From contig CBDCCI010000001.1 in the NCBI GenBank assembly GCA_965214705.1, forward strand, positions 416,001 through 480,000: 64,000 nt of DNA, read 5' to 3'. This DNA is from Alphaproteobacteria bacterium (GTDB lineage Bacteria; Pseudomonadota; Alphaproteobacteria; UBA828). Both the position numbers and the translations under genes were made by a program. Positions 39,421 to 49,765 of the stretch are shown here, piece by piece (the stretch's first letter is position 1; each line of letters starts with the position of its first letter). The notes under the pieces were generated by a model. That model saw only the letters and a list, made by a program, of their open reading frames with translations, was not told where the DNA came from and ran no database searches.

Positions 39421-39876
39421 ATGAGTTTCGGACTGAACCGCGCAGAAGTCATCGGCCGCCTGGGTGCGGACGTCACCGTCAACAGCCTCGCCTCCGGCGG
39501 GCGCGTGGCCAACTTGAGCATCGCGACCGACGAAAGCTACATCGACAGGGCCGCCGGGGGCCAGCGGGTCGACAAGACCGAGTGGCATCGCGTCGTCACG
39601 TTCCAGGACGGCCTGATCGACATGCTGGCGAAGCACGCGAAGAAGGGCCGCTTGGTCTACGTCGCGGGCAAGATGCAGACCAGGAAGTGGCGCAAGGACG
39701 GCGAGGACAGCGACCGGTTCTCCACCGAGATCCTGCTCGTGCCCGGTGGCCGCGTCCAATTTCTTGATCGGCCTGCCGGGACCAACGGCACCGCGCCGGC
39801 CAACGGTGAGACGCCCTCTGCCGCAAGCGGCAGCGGCGTTGAAGAGCCGACGGACCATCACAATCTACCCTTCTGA
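39421..39876 (+). CDS. ssb: Single-stranded DNA-binding protein
   Basis: LNRAEVIGRLGAD, VANLSIAT, KTEWHRVV, KKGRLVYVAGK.QTRKW, C-terminal LPF. Confidence 0.95.
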   Translation: MSFGLNRAEVIGRLGADVTVNSLASGGRVANLSIATDESYIDRAAGGQRVDKTEWHRVVTFQDGLIDMLAKHAKKGRLVYVAGKMQTRKWRKDGEDSDRFSTEILLVPGGRVQFLDRPAGTNGTAPANGETPSAASGSGVEEPTDHHNLPF

Positions 39877-40019
39877 ACGGGCGACCTCCCCCCGTTCGCC
39901 CGGGGCCGTGTTCCGCGTCGTCTCCCTGCGCGGGGCACGGCCCCTTCCCCTTTCAACCCTGGCACGCGGCATGCGCCCTCCGGGCGCCGCCGCGCGTCCT
40001 CCACACGGGAGGCCCCGCC

Positions 40020-40319
40020 ATGTCCGGCTACAGCCTTACCGCCGAAGATGTCGTCTTTCGCGCCAGCGGCGATGACGAATGGCTCGTCATCGCGGACGGC
40101 GAGACAGTCGGCACCGTCATGAAGCGCCCCGCCTACTCCACTCCGGATCACGGGGTCTACTACGTCCATCTCTACGACGATGCCGCAGGACCCGTGGCAG
40201 TCGAGGATGCGCGCGCCGTGCGCGCGACCGTCGCCGAGCTGCTCGTCGAGCGCGACCTCGCTCCCGCCATGCCGATGTTGCATCCCGCTTGGCGGACACA
40301 GCAGCTCGTGGTCGCCTGA
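40020..40319 (+). CDS. Hypothetical protein
   Basis: GGAGG RBS and plausible coding composition, inside the plasmid-like backbone. Confidence 0.55.
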   Translation: MSGYSLTAEDVVFRASGDDEWLVIADGETVGTVMKRPAYSTPDHGVYYVHLYDDAAGPVAVEDARAVRATVAELLVERDLAPAMPMLHPAWRTQQLVVA

Positions 40320-41153
40320 CAGCCTCGCCGCCGTCCTCCGGCACCCTGGGGGCCGCGCCCGCGCCGATTACCGGCGCGCGCGCGTGCCCCCTTCTCCGTG
40401 CAGCACGAACAGAGGCCCGTCCTGCCGGGAGGCGCGCAGGTGCGCTGCGCGCCTCCCCGCCGCCCGCGCGCCGCCGAGAGGCCGAGGCCGGCTGGAACGC
40501 GGGCACTCTCTGGACGGAGCGGGGGAGCCGCATGAACGCCACCCGGATCGCAAAGGCCCTCGGCGAGCGCGCCGAAGAGGTCTGCCGCGCCTACCTGCCC
40601 CACGGGCGCAGGCAGGGCAGGTACTGGACCGCCGGCGACATTCGCGGCGCCCGCGGGCGCTCGCTCTTCGTCCGCCTCGCGCCCCCCGGCGTTCCCGGCA
40701 AGTGGACCGACGCCGCCGAGGGAACCCATGGCGATCTCCTCGACCTCATCCGTCACCGCATGGGCGACGTGCCGCTCAGCGACGCCATGGCCGAGGCCCG
40801 CGCATTCCTGGCGCTGCCGACTTCGCCGGCAGCGGCGCCGGACGGGGCCTACGACTCCAGCGAGGCGGCGCGCCGCCTCTGGCGGCGCTGCCGCGCCATC
40901 GACGGCACGCATGCCGAGGCGTACCTCAGGGCCCGCGCCATCCACCGCTGCCGCCTCCCCGCGCTGCGCTGTAGAGTAGGACGCAAGCGCCTTGCGGCCC
41001 TTACGGGTCGCAGGTTTCTCGCGCCCTCTCTCCGAACCGGACATGCACCTTTCGTAATGCATCGTAAGCGGTATCGAGGCCCCATACTTCCAACGCATCT
41101 GATTTCGCGGCTGACTCTTGGCCTTGGCAAGGAGCCTTGGAGGAGGCATCGCG

Positions 41154-41756
41154 ATGAAGGATTTGGATTTTCTGCGTGGCCACGAGTTCGGCGGTCACTC
41201 GGTCGAGGCGCGAGCGCCTGAAGAGGCCGCCCCATCTGCCGCAGCCCCATCTACGGCAACTGTTCCGGCTGATCACACTCGGCGGTCATGGTCCGCCGAG
41301 GAGAAGGCACGGATCGTCGCGGAGAGCGACAGGCCGGGAGTTGTGCAGAAGGAGGTCGCGGCTCGCCACGGCATCAGCGCACAAACTCTTCGTCAGTGGC
41401 GCAGTCGGTCAGCGGCTTCCGGGAAGCGGCGTGGCCGGCCTTGGCCGGCTGATGTGAAGGCGCGGATTGTTGCGGAGAGCGAGCGCCCGGATGCATCGAT
41501 ATCGGCAGTTGCCCGCCGTCACGGCATCAGCGAGAAGACGCTGCGCACCTGGCGTCGCCAGGCGGCGAGTGACGCTGGTGGCGATCGGCAGGGAGCCGGG
41601 TCTTCGCCCCCCTATATTCCGGTTGTAGTTGACGGGTCTGCGTCCGAGCGGACGGTCGCGATTGAGGCGCTGGGCGTCGTCGTTCGCCTTCCGGTGGAGA
41701 GCGCGGTCGATCGGATCGTGGCTGTGGCCTCGGGCCTGGGTCGTGCGTCGTCATGA
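41154..41756 (+). CDS. tnpA: IS66 TnpA with duplicated HTH
   Basis: Two units of W....KARIVAES.RP......VA.RHGIS..TLR.WR. Confidence 0.85.
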   Translation: MKDLDFLRGHEFGGHSVEARAPEEAAPSAAAPSTATVPADHTRRSWSAEEKARIVAESDRPGVVQKEVAARHGISAQTLRQWRSRSAASGKRRGRPWPADVKARIVAESERPDASISAVARRHGISEKTLRTWRRQAASDAGGDRQGAGSSPPYIPVVVDGSASERTVAIEALGVVVRLPVESAVDRIVAVASGLGRASS

Positions 41757-42103
41757 TCGCGGTGCCCTCGCTTCGCATCGTGTTGGCGACGCGTCCGGTT
41801 GATTTTCGTCGCGGCCACGACGCGCTTGCGGCGACGGCGGCGAGGGAGCTGGACCTCGATATCTATTCCGGGGTGATCGTGATCTTCCGCTCGCGCCGCG
41901 GGGACAGGCTCAAGCTTCTCACCTGGGACGGGACCGGTCTGGTGATGACCTACAAGCGTCTGGAGCAAGGCCGCTTCGCCTGGCCCCGGATCGAGGACGG
42001 TGTGATTCGCCTTACGAAGGGCCAGTTCGAGGCTCTCTTCGAGGGCCTCGACTGGCGCCGGGTGAAGGCCCGCCCGGTTCGCCGCCCGCTGGCGGCGGAG
42101 TGA
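41753..42103 (+). CDS. tnpB: IS66 TnpB accessory protein
   Basis: Near-identical to 19808-20158. Confidence 0.92.
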   Translation: MIAVPSLRIVLATRPVDFRRGHDALAATAARELDLDIYSGVIVIFRSRRGDRLKLLTWDGTGLVMTYKRLEQGRFAWPRIEDGVIRLTKGQFEALFEGLDWRRVKARPVRRPLAAE

Positions 42104-42196
42104 GGCGAGACGCAGGCGGGTCCGCAGATTTTTGTCGAGGTCCCGCCTGCACTTTTCCCTGGTCACGCATTGGCGAATCGGATTAAGGGATCGGCC

Positions 42197-43912
42197 ATGC
42201 CGAAGGTCACGCCCTCACCCCTCAGCAGCGCCGGTTCGCCGTCGCCTGCGGTGGTTTCGGCGGCGCTGGCGACCCTGCAGGCGGAGCTTGCCGAGGAGCG
42301 CGCGGCGCGCCGTGCGACCGAAGCAGCCCTATGCGAAGCGGAGCAGGCACGCGGCGCGGCGGAGGCGGCGAGGCAGACGGCGGAAGCGCGGGCGGCACGG
42401 CTGGAGGCCGAGAACGCGCACAGCGCGGAGCAGATCAGCCGGCTTGAGCATCTCAACAAGGAGCTCAGGAAGGCGCTGTTCGGTCCGCGCTCCGAGAAGC
42501 TCAACGAGGACGAGCGCCAGCTTACGTTCGAGGAGTTTTGGGCGGCGATCGCTGAAGCCGGCGGTCGGCCCGAGGCAGATGACCAGGAGCAGGACGAGGG
42601 GGCTGGCGGCAAGCGCCGGCGGCGCTCTTCCCGGGGGTCGCGCAGCGGGGTGCGCTTCGGGCCCCAGGTCGACCGGCGCGAGGAGGTGATCGAGCCGGAC
42701 ACGATCATGTGCCCCTGCGGCTGCGGCGAGATGACGAAGATCGGCGAGGACCGCAGCGAGCGGCTGGACTATGAGCCGGCGAAGTTCACCGTCATCGAGA
42801 CCGTGCGCCCCCGCTACGCCTGCAACAAGTGCAAGGGCGGCGGGGTGGTGCAGGCGTCGGCGCCCGCCTCTCTGGTGGAGGGCGGCCTTCCCACCGAGGC
42901 TCTTCTGGCGCAGGTGCTGATCGCGAAGTACGGCGATCATTGCCCGCTCTACCGTCAGTCGCAGATTTACGAGCGCTCGGGGATCGAGGTTCACCGTGCG
43001 ACGCTGGCGACGTGGGTGGGGCAGGCGTCGTTTCACCTGCGCCCCGTGGTCGCTTGCCTGAAGGATGAGCTGAAGAAGTCGGATCACCTGGGTCTGGACG
43101 AGACCACGATCCGCGTTCTCGACCCGGGCCGGGGCAAGACGAAGACGGGCTACATGTGGACCCTTGTGCGCGACGAGCGCCACTGGAGCGGCGCCGACCC
43201 GCCGGGCGTTGTCTATCGCTATGAGCCCGGTCGCGGCGGCAAGTATGGCGCCAGGCTCTTGAAGGGCTTTTCGGGGACGGTGCAGCTCGACGCCTACTCG
43301 GGCCACAACATCCTGGCGCGGCCGGACCGGCCCGGCGGCCCCGTGACGCGGGCTCTGTGCTGGGCGCACGTCAGGCGCAAGCTGAAAGAGGTGTACGACT
43401 CGAGCGCCTCGCCGATCGCGCTGGCTGGCCTGAAGCGGATCGCGACGCTCTATGCGATCGAGGAGAAGATCCGGGGCGAGCCGCCGGCGACGCGTCAGGC
43501 GATCCGCTGGGAGGAGTCGGCGCCGATCGTGAACGCCTTCGGTGTCTGGCTCGACGAACAGCGCTCGCGGGTCTCACCGCGCTCGCGTCTCGGCGAGAAG
43601 CTCACCTATATCGCCAACCAGTGGGACGGGCTGCTGGAGTTCCTGCACGACGGCCGCGTCGAGATCGACTCGAACCTGGTGGAAAACCGAATCCGCCCGC
43701 TGAAGCTCACCGCCAAGAATGCGCTCTTCGCCGGCAACGACGAGGGTGCGCAAGCCTGGGCCCGCATCGCATCGCTGATCGAGACCTGCAAGATGAACGG
43801 CGTCGAGCCTTACGCCTGGATGCGGAGCACGCTCGAGAAGATCGCCAAGGGTCACCCGCAGTCCAAAATCCAGGAACTGCTGCCGTGGAACTTCGAGCCC
43901 GAGACAAATTGA
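42197..43912 (+). CDS. tnpC: IS66 TnpC DDE transposase
   Basis: Near-identical to 20252-21967. Confidence 0.93.
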   Translation: MPKVTPSPLSSAGSPSPAVVSAALATLQAELAEERAARRATEAALCEAEQARGAAEAARQTAEARAARLEAENAHSAEQISRLEHLNKELRKALFGPRSEKLNEDERQLTFEEFWAAIAEAGGRPEADDQEQDEGAGGKRRRRSSRGSRSGVRFGPQVDRREEVIEPDTIMCPCGCGEMTKIGEDRSERLDYEPAKFTVIETVRPRYACNKCKGGGVVQASAPASLVEGGLPTEALLAQVLIAKYGDHCPLYRQSQIYERSGIEVHRATLATWVGQASFHLRPVVACLKDELKKSDHLGLDETTIRVLDPGRGKTKTGYMWTLVRDERHWSGADPPGVVYRYEPGRGGKYGARLLKGFSGTVQLDAYSGHNILARPDRPGGPVTRALCWAHVRRKLKEVYDSSASPIALAGLKRIATLYAIEEKIRGEPPATRQAIRWEESAPIVNAFGVWLDEQRSRVSPRSRLGEKLTYIANQWDGLLEFLHDGRVEIDSNLVENRIRPLKLTAKNALFAGNDEGAQAWARIASLIETCKMNGVEPYAWMRSTLEKIAKGHPQSKIQELLPWNFEPETN

Positions 43913-43988
43913 CTCGCGCGCTCACGGCGCTCCTCAACAAGTCCCCCTCGTAGTCAACCCAGATTCCGGCATGGGGTCTGCGTAACGC

Positions 43989-45566
43989 TTACAATGCATC
44001 CGGCTCTCCAAAGGCTTTCGCAAAGTCAGGAGACCTCATCCATTTGAGCTCGAACCTCCGAACCTGTCGGTAGCCCATGAGGTATTGCTCGGTGCCACCC
44101 TCGGCCCAGACCTGGTAGCCAGGATGTTCCCGGCTAGCCCTGCGCCAGTCCGCGGACAGCTTCCTGCCGGGGACGCCCTTATGCTTGCCCCGCAGCCACA
44201 GCCAGAGCCTATAACTCGCATACCAATCCAAGGTGGACAGGATGCGCTTGGCCCCTATGCAGTAGCGGTAGTAGCCGGACCATCCCCGGAGGATCGGATT
44301 GATTTCCCGGAGCATGCTTTCCAACGACCGAACTTGCGTTTGCCGCCTCAGCACCTTCTTGATCCGCCAGCGGAAGTCGTTGACCACCTCCTTCGGGATT
44401 TCGATCCGACACCCGTAGCCATACCGGTCGTCCCATTTGAGGCGAACCCGGCAGCCTAGGAACCGGAACCCTTCCGTCAGTTCGGTGATCCGCGTCTTCT
44501 CTTCCGATAGCGTCAGCCCCATCTCCTCGCGCAGCCAGTCCGCGAGCGCCCGCCTCTCGGCAGCCGCATCGTCGTACCCGCCCGCCACAAAGATCAGGAA
44601 GTCGTCGGCATACCGGACCGGGTAGAAGACCGGTCGCCCGGCCTCCCTGTCCCGGTGTCGCCGGTCCGAGGCCCTTCTCACCCCGTCTCTGCGGAGCTTG
44701 GGATCATGCGGGTGCTTGACCCACCACCAGTACCGCTCCTCGATCGCGCCCAGCGCGATGTTGGCCAGCAGCGGTGACAGGACGCCCCCTTGAGGCGTGC
44801 CGGTAGCCGTCGGACTGTAAATGAAGTCCTCCAGCACCCCGGCCTTGAGGAACCGCACGATCAGCCGGTTCACCTTCCGGTCCGCGCAGGATTTCCGCAC
44901 GCGCTCCATCAAGTGATGGTGGCCGATGTTATCGAAGCAGCCCTCAATGTCGCCTTCGATCACCCATTGATAGGGAGTGTCACGGCGCATTCCATCCGGC
45001 CCGTCGCGTCGGGGCCGAATGGTCTGCCGGATATGTTCGAGTGCGCCATGGCAGCCCCGACCGGGCCGGAACCCGTAGGACACTTGCCAGAATCGCGCCT
45101 CGAAGATCGGCTCCAAGATATTCTTGACCGCGCCTTGCACTACGCGATCAGCAACGGTGGGGATACCAAGGGGTCGGAACTTCCCCGGTCTGCCCGGCTT
45201 CGGAATCCACTTGCGTCTGGCGGGCGACGGTCGGTAGCTGCCATTCCGCAGCGTCTCCCGAAGCTCGGCCAGAAAGAGCGGTACGCCTCCGTCACCAGCG
45301 GCAATGCTCGCCACCGTCAACCCGTCGACACCCGGCGTCCGCCTGCCCTTGTTCTGGGCAATCGAATGCCAAGCACAGCGAAGATTGCGCGGATCGGTTA
45401 CCCAGTTCCACACATCGCCGTAGGCGCCCTCGGGCGTCTCCTTACTCCACCGATACAACTTCCGCTGCACGTTGAGGAGCCAAGCCTTATCGGCCTGATT
45501 ATCCGAGTCCACGGATAGTCCCTCCGTCATGCGTACGTTGATCCGCCTTCTGCCCCCCTTCGCCAT
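43989..45566 (-). CDS. ltrA: Group II intron reverse transcriptase/maturase, no endonuclease domain
   Basis: TPGVDG, RPLGIPTVADRVVQ, SYGFRPGR, GDIEGCFDNI.H, GTPQGGVLSPLLANI, RYADDF, FLG, X domain INPILRGWSGYY. Confidence 0.93.
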   Translation of the reverse strand: MAKGGRRRINVRMTEGLSVDSDNQADKAWLLNVQRKLYRWSKETPEGAYGDVWNWVTDPRNLRCAWHSIAQNKGRRTPGVDGLTVASIAAGDGGVPLFLAELRETLRNGSYRPSPARRKWIPKPGRPGKFRPLGIPTVADRVVQGAVKNILEPIFEARFWQVSYGFRPGRGCHGALEHIRQTIRPRRDGPDGMRRDTPYQWVIEGDIEGCFDNIGHHHLMERVRKSCADRKVNRLIVRFLKAGVLEDFIYSPTATGTPQGGVLSPLLANIALGAIEERYWWWVKHPHDPKLRRDGVRRASDRRHRDREAGRPVFYPVRYADDFLIFVAGGYDDAAAERRALADWLREEMGLTLSEEKTRITELTEGFRFLGCRVRLKWDDRYGYGCRIEIPKEVVNDFRWRIKKVLRRQTQVRSLESMLREINPILRGWSGYYRYCIGAKRILSTLDWYASYRLWLWLRGKHKGVPGRKLSADWRRASREHPGYQVWAEGGTEQYLMGYRQVRRFELKWMRSPDFAKAFGEPDAL

Positions 45567-47195
45567 GTATGCGGCTTTCCCACACTCGGACTACTACGAG
45601 GGCTCCGCCCCTATGCGGCCCATCTCCGTTCTCCGCAGCTAGCCCGGCTCCGTACCGGGCGGACAGCACAGGTTCCTGTGTTCCGATAACCAACCTGAGA
45701 CCCTTAGGCGGCACGCTATACCCCTTGCGGTTCAGGGACCCGGGATAGAAGGGTTGACCCGTGCCCGGGTGCGCGTGGCGCACCCGCCAGAAGGCAGATG
45801 AAAGACCATCCGGCTCGGTCCGCAGTCCCTCCGCCCCGTCGGGCCATTGAGGGTCCAGTCCTAAATAAGGAGGCTTCCGTCGCATGCTTCGCTCTAGCTC
45901 GCCATAGATCCTGTGGTAGCCCGGCCCGCAGGCGACGGCCCGCGTCCGGTCCAGTTCAGGTCGCAGCGTTTTCGCCCCACCGCCGGAAAACGGCGGAACT
46001 TAGCGACCCCCTTTCCCCCAACACCCTTCGCTGGGAGAGGTGGCGTCTCAGCCACCGGTCGATCATCAGCATGACCAAGTGACTGGATTACTGCATGTTT
46101 TCCTCCTCTTGGTCTTCACAGCGCTCTCCACCCGGAACTCTTCTACCGCGACGGCGGCGGCATGCGTCGCCTGCCGGCCCTCGTCGCCGCCGTCACCGCC
46201 GACGCGGGGAAACACCCCGGTCAGGAGGATCACTCCGGTCCAGGCGAGCAGACCGCTCACGGCGCCATTGTCGGCGTGCATCGGACATGGCTCGATCCCA
46301 GACATCCCGCGAAGGCAGACGTGTCCTTCCCGCGCAAGGCGCTCGGCCGTGTCCACGGCCATGCCGTCCGCTTCGGTCAAGCCGACGCCGGCACACTGAT
46401 GGTAGGCGAGGGCATCGAGACGATGCTCTCTCTGGTCACCGCCGTGCCGGCCGTCACCGCCGCAGCCGCACTCTCGGCCGGAGGCCTCGGCGCGTTCACG
46501 CCGCCGCAAGCCATCGCACGTCTCGTGGTGGCCTGCGACAACGATGCGGCCGGAGAGCGCGCTGCGCTTCGCCTCCGGCGGCGATGTTCCGCGCTGGGCA
46601 TCGAGTGCGCCGTCGTCGTCTCCGAAACCGGCGACTTCAACGAGGACATGGTGATCTTCGGTCCGCAAGCCCTGGCCGCCCGCATCGCGCCCCTGATCCG
46701 CACCGGCCCGGCCGTGCCCACGGCCAGGAAAGAAACAGGGGGCCGTGCGTGATGAAATGGAATCCTCTTCCGTCGTGTCCTCCAATTCTTCCACGCGTGC
46801 TCGCACCAGCAACCCTGCGGGTCCTCCAGTCGCTCCGCTCCTTCCGGCCTGGCCCAAGGAACTCTAGGGCGGGCCGTGAAGGTCGCCGACCGTGAAGATG
46901 GCGCTCGCGAACTCTCCAAGGCCTCGCGTGTGGCGCACCGGCCCCTGGCGCGGGGCCGGCGCGTCGGCCCGGCGCTAGCAGTTGTTGAGAAGGCCAACTC
47001 GTAACGCGGCCAGTCACCAAGGCAGCGCGCCGGACCTCCCAGATCCCGAGAGCGCCATCTTCCGCACCATCGGCGACCTTCCGCACCACCCCGCCCAAGA
47101 GTTCCTAAGGCCAGGTGCCGATCCTGCGCGCGCGTGAAGAAGGAGGACACCACGACGGGGCACAGGGTCCCGGTGGATAGACAAGGGAGATCGTC

Positions 47196-48125
47196 ATGAT
47201 CGACACTACCAGCACTACCGCATCAGCTTCTTCCACTGCCACCGTTTGCGAGAGCATGGCCCTCTACGGCGCAGCGCCCGAGCGCGGCGAGCTCGACAGC
47301 AGGGTCGTCTGGGACGAGGACGACGCCATCGATGCGCTGAACGAAGCCATCCGCGTCATCGTCGATGGCATCACCGTCGACGGCACACAGATGGCCGACG
47401 AGCGCGAGCCCCTCATGTGGGGCCTGACCAACATGCTGCACTCGCAGGTCGCCCGCCTCGACCGCGCCGTCGACCGCATCACACCCGAGATGCGCGACCT
47501 CGAGAAGGCGCAGGATGGATCGGAGGTGAAGGCGTGGGAGCTGCAGACCATGACCGACCGCGCGCAGAGCCTCGGCGACCGCCGCGACGCCTTCGAGAAG
47601 ATGCGCGACATCGCAGCCGATGCCTACCGTGCTGAGACCGGCGACACATGGCGCCCGAGACACGGATCGCACGCGAGCCAGACCGGCACGCTCACCTTCA
47701 CCTCCGCCGCCATCGACGCCCGCGACTTCCGCCGCGCCCGCAAGGACCGCGAGACCCGCGCGCACCTGCCGGAGGGGACGCTGGTCGCCATCACCGGCGG
47801 CAAGACCGTCAGCGATGCCGACGCGGTCTGGACCACACTCGACATGGCGCACGCGAAGTACGGCGACATGGTGCTGCTACATGGTGGAGGTCCCGGCGTC
47901 GAGAAGATCGCCGCGAGCTGGGCCGAGGCCAGAGGCGTCAACCAGGTCGTCTGCCGCCCTGACTGGAACGCCCACGGCAAGGCCGCGCCCTTCCGCCGCA
48001 ACGACGACCTGCTCAACCTGCTGCCCAAGGGCGTCATCGCCTTCCCCGGCAGCGGCATCACGGGCAACCTCGTCGACAAAGCCCGGCAGCTCGGCATACC
48101 GGTTCTCCAGGTCAAGGCCGCGTAA
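47196..48125 (+). CDS. DUF2493 / YspA-SLOG domain protein of plasmid-like backbones
   Basis: LVAITGG, MVLLHGGGPGVEKIAASWA, PDW.AHGKAAPFRRND, IAFPGSGITGNLVDKARQLGIPV. Confidence 0.85.
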   Translation: MIDTTSTTASASSTATVCESMALYGAAPERGELDSRVVWDEDDAIDALNEAIRVIVDGITVDGTQMADEREPLMWGLTNMLHSQVARLDRAVDRITPEMRDLEKAQDGSEVKAWELQTMTDRAQSLGDRRDAFEKMRDIAADAYRAETGDTWRPRHGSHASQTGTLTFTSAAIDARDFRRARKDRETRAHLPEGTLVAITGGKTVSDADAVWTTLDMAHAKYGDMVLLHGGGPGVEKIAASWAEARGVNQVVCRPDWNAHGKAAPFRRNDDLLNLLPKGVIAFPGSGITGNLVDKARQLGIPVLQVKAA

Positions 48126-48143
48126 GCAGCGCGCGCCTCGACG

Positions 48144-48180
48144 AAGCGGCCGGTGCCTTGCGGCACCGGCCGCTTTCTTC
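48144..48180 (+). terminator. Rho-independent terminator
   Basis: AAGCGGCCGGTGCC-ttgc-GGCACCGGCCGCTT followed by TCTTC, just after the stop codon. Confidence 0.8.
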
Positions 48181-48499
48181 GTGTTTCACGTCGGGCGTCA
48201 TCAGCGTCGGCTGTGCACCCGTCCATCGGATTGTGCACCGCCAACCCGAGTGCGCGCTCGAACGCCGGCGTCGCCGCGCTTCGCACCGGCGCCGTCCGTG
48301 CTCGCTGCAGCGGCCCTGCTTCCCCGCCTCCCTCCGCCGCCGTGCATCAGGCTCGGCGCTACGCGCCGTCGCCGGACGATCGCCTCGCAGCAGAAAGACA
48401 GACCGCGGTTCAGTCCGCGACGGTCTGCCCGCAGTCGAGCAGCGCACGCCGTCGCCGGCCCTTGCAGCGGCACGCGCATGGACTGCGCGTGCTCCCGCC

Positions 48500-49160
48500 C
48501 GTGCCGGTGACGATGATCAGGGCGATGAGGATGGCCATGGTGCACCAGCGAGTGCGGCCGCCGACATCGTGCCGCAACTCACCCTCGACCGCCGCACTGC
48601 AAGTCACGCGCGCACCCTCGGCGTCAGCGCCGTCGCCGATGGCGACGAGCGCCTCCGCACTTCGACGGACATTGGTGCCGTCGCGCCTGAACGGCCCGAC
48701 GCCACTGAGCCCGGCGCTCGTGACGATCATGGCGAGCGGCTCGCTGCGCCGATCACGGTCGCGAGCGCCTGCACCTCCTCCCGCTTGCCGTCCGGCCTCG
48801 ACCCTCGCCCGGTTGCCGCAGGCACGCGCCCGCCTGACCGCGAGGTCCGCCCCCGTGATCGAGCCGCCCACCGCCATTCCCGGTCCCACCACCGGCACGC
48901 GCATCGCCGCACGCGCTTTCGCGTGCGGCGATGACGATGACCAAGGCGATCACGATGATGATGGTGCGCCGACGTCTGCGGCCGCCGACATCGTGCCGCA
49001 GTTCACCTTCGACCCATGGACTGCACGTCCCATGCGCGTGCTCTGCGTCAGCGCCGTCGCCGAAGACGACGAGCGCCTCCGCGGTTCGACGGACATTGGC
49101 GCCGTCGTGCCTGAACGGCCCGACGTCACCACGTCCGACACTCGTGGCGATCATAGTGAT
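48500..49160 (+). repeat. Two diverged direct repeats of about 200-240 bp
   Basis: GCGGCCGCCGACATCGTGCCGCA...GCCTGAACGGCCCGACG occurs at about 48554-48700 and 48978-49125, with similar flanks. Confidence 0.75.
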
Positions 49161-49765
49161 CGGTCCACTGCGCCGACCGTGACCGCATGCCCCAATTCCG
49201 CCGCATTTCCGAACGCCGCCAGGCCAGCGAGAACATACCCCCGCACGAGCTCGGCAGATCGATCCCCGAGTGCATCCCGAGCCGTGCCGAGCGCTCCGGC
49301 ATCGCCACACAAGGACAACATAAGCCGCCACTTGTGTTCTGCATAACGCGTGCCATAAGAAATTCCGCGTATGCTCTGCGTAATACGCCCGAATTCCCGG
49401 ATTCCTGGCCTCACCAAGCATCCTGCGCCGCCTAAGTGGCTGGGCCTGAACGCTTTTCTTCGGACCCTTGGACCTGTCCTACGCCCTCAGGGCGCTTTTA
49501 CCGTCACACCCCACGCATCGCTGATGCCGGACCGACATATCGATGACATGCGCCGTCACAGCTACGCTCCAGTACGCCCTGGTATGACAAGTGTCATGAC
49601 AGGAGCGTTGGAACGAGAGAATCTCATTGAAATACGCCACTATCGCACTGAAATCATTCACATCTTTCTCAGATCGAAATACATTGACATACGTTGATCT
49701 TGTCCGGTCAGCCGCGCGTATTTCGCGCGAATGCCCGCCCGAGGCCCCGCCGGGCCGCCCGGTGA

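Larger units (their letters stand above)
41064..43992 (+). mobile_element. IS66 family element, copy 2 (2929 bp), inserted in intron domain V
   Basis: Termini GTAAGCG and CGCTTAC; 8-bp TSD AATGCATC. Confidence 0.93.
40971..46126 (-). mobile_element. Group II intron (about 2219 bp without the IS66)
   Basis: 5' end GAGCG, 3' end CCTACTCTAC; domain V GAGCCGGATGCATTACGAAAGGTGCATGTCCGGTTC is reconstructed across the IS; removal restores the host ORF exactly, with no TSD. Confidence 0.88.
40532..46752 (+). pseudogene. Plasmid/ICE TOPRIM primase-like protein split by an antisense group II intron
   Basis: 40532-40970 (GRYWTAGD..GARGRSL..GKWTD...EAYLRAR...LPALR) joins in frame to 46127-46752 (FHPELFYR...HRTWL...GEGIET...DNDAAG...GDFNED). 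Confidence 0.85.

Noticed and set aside
43989-45566. RT as a retron, DGR or defence RT
   Set aside because: It has a maturase X domain, DV/DVI RNA and precise exon restoration, so it is a group II intron. No template/variable repeat pair with adenine-specific mismatches was seen.
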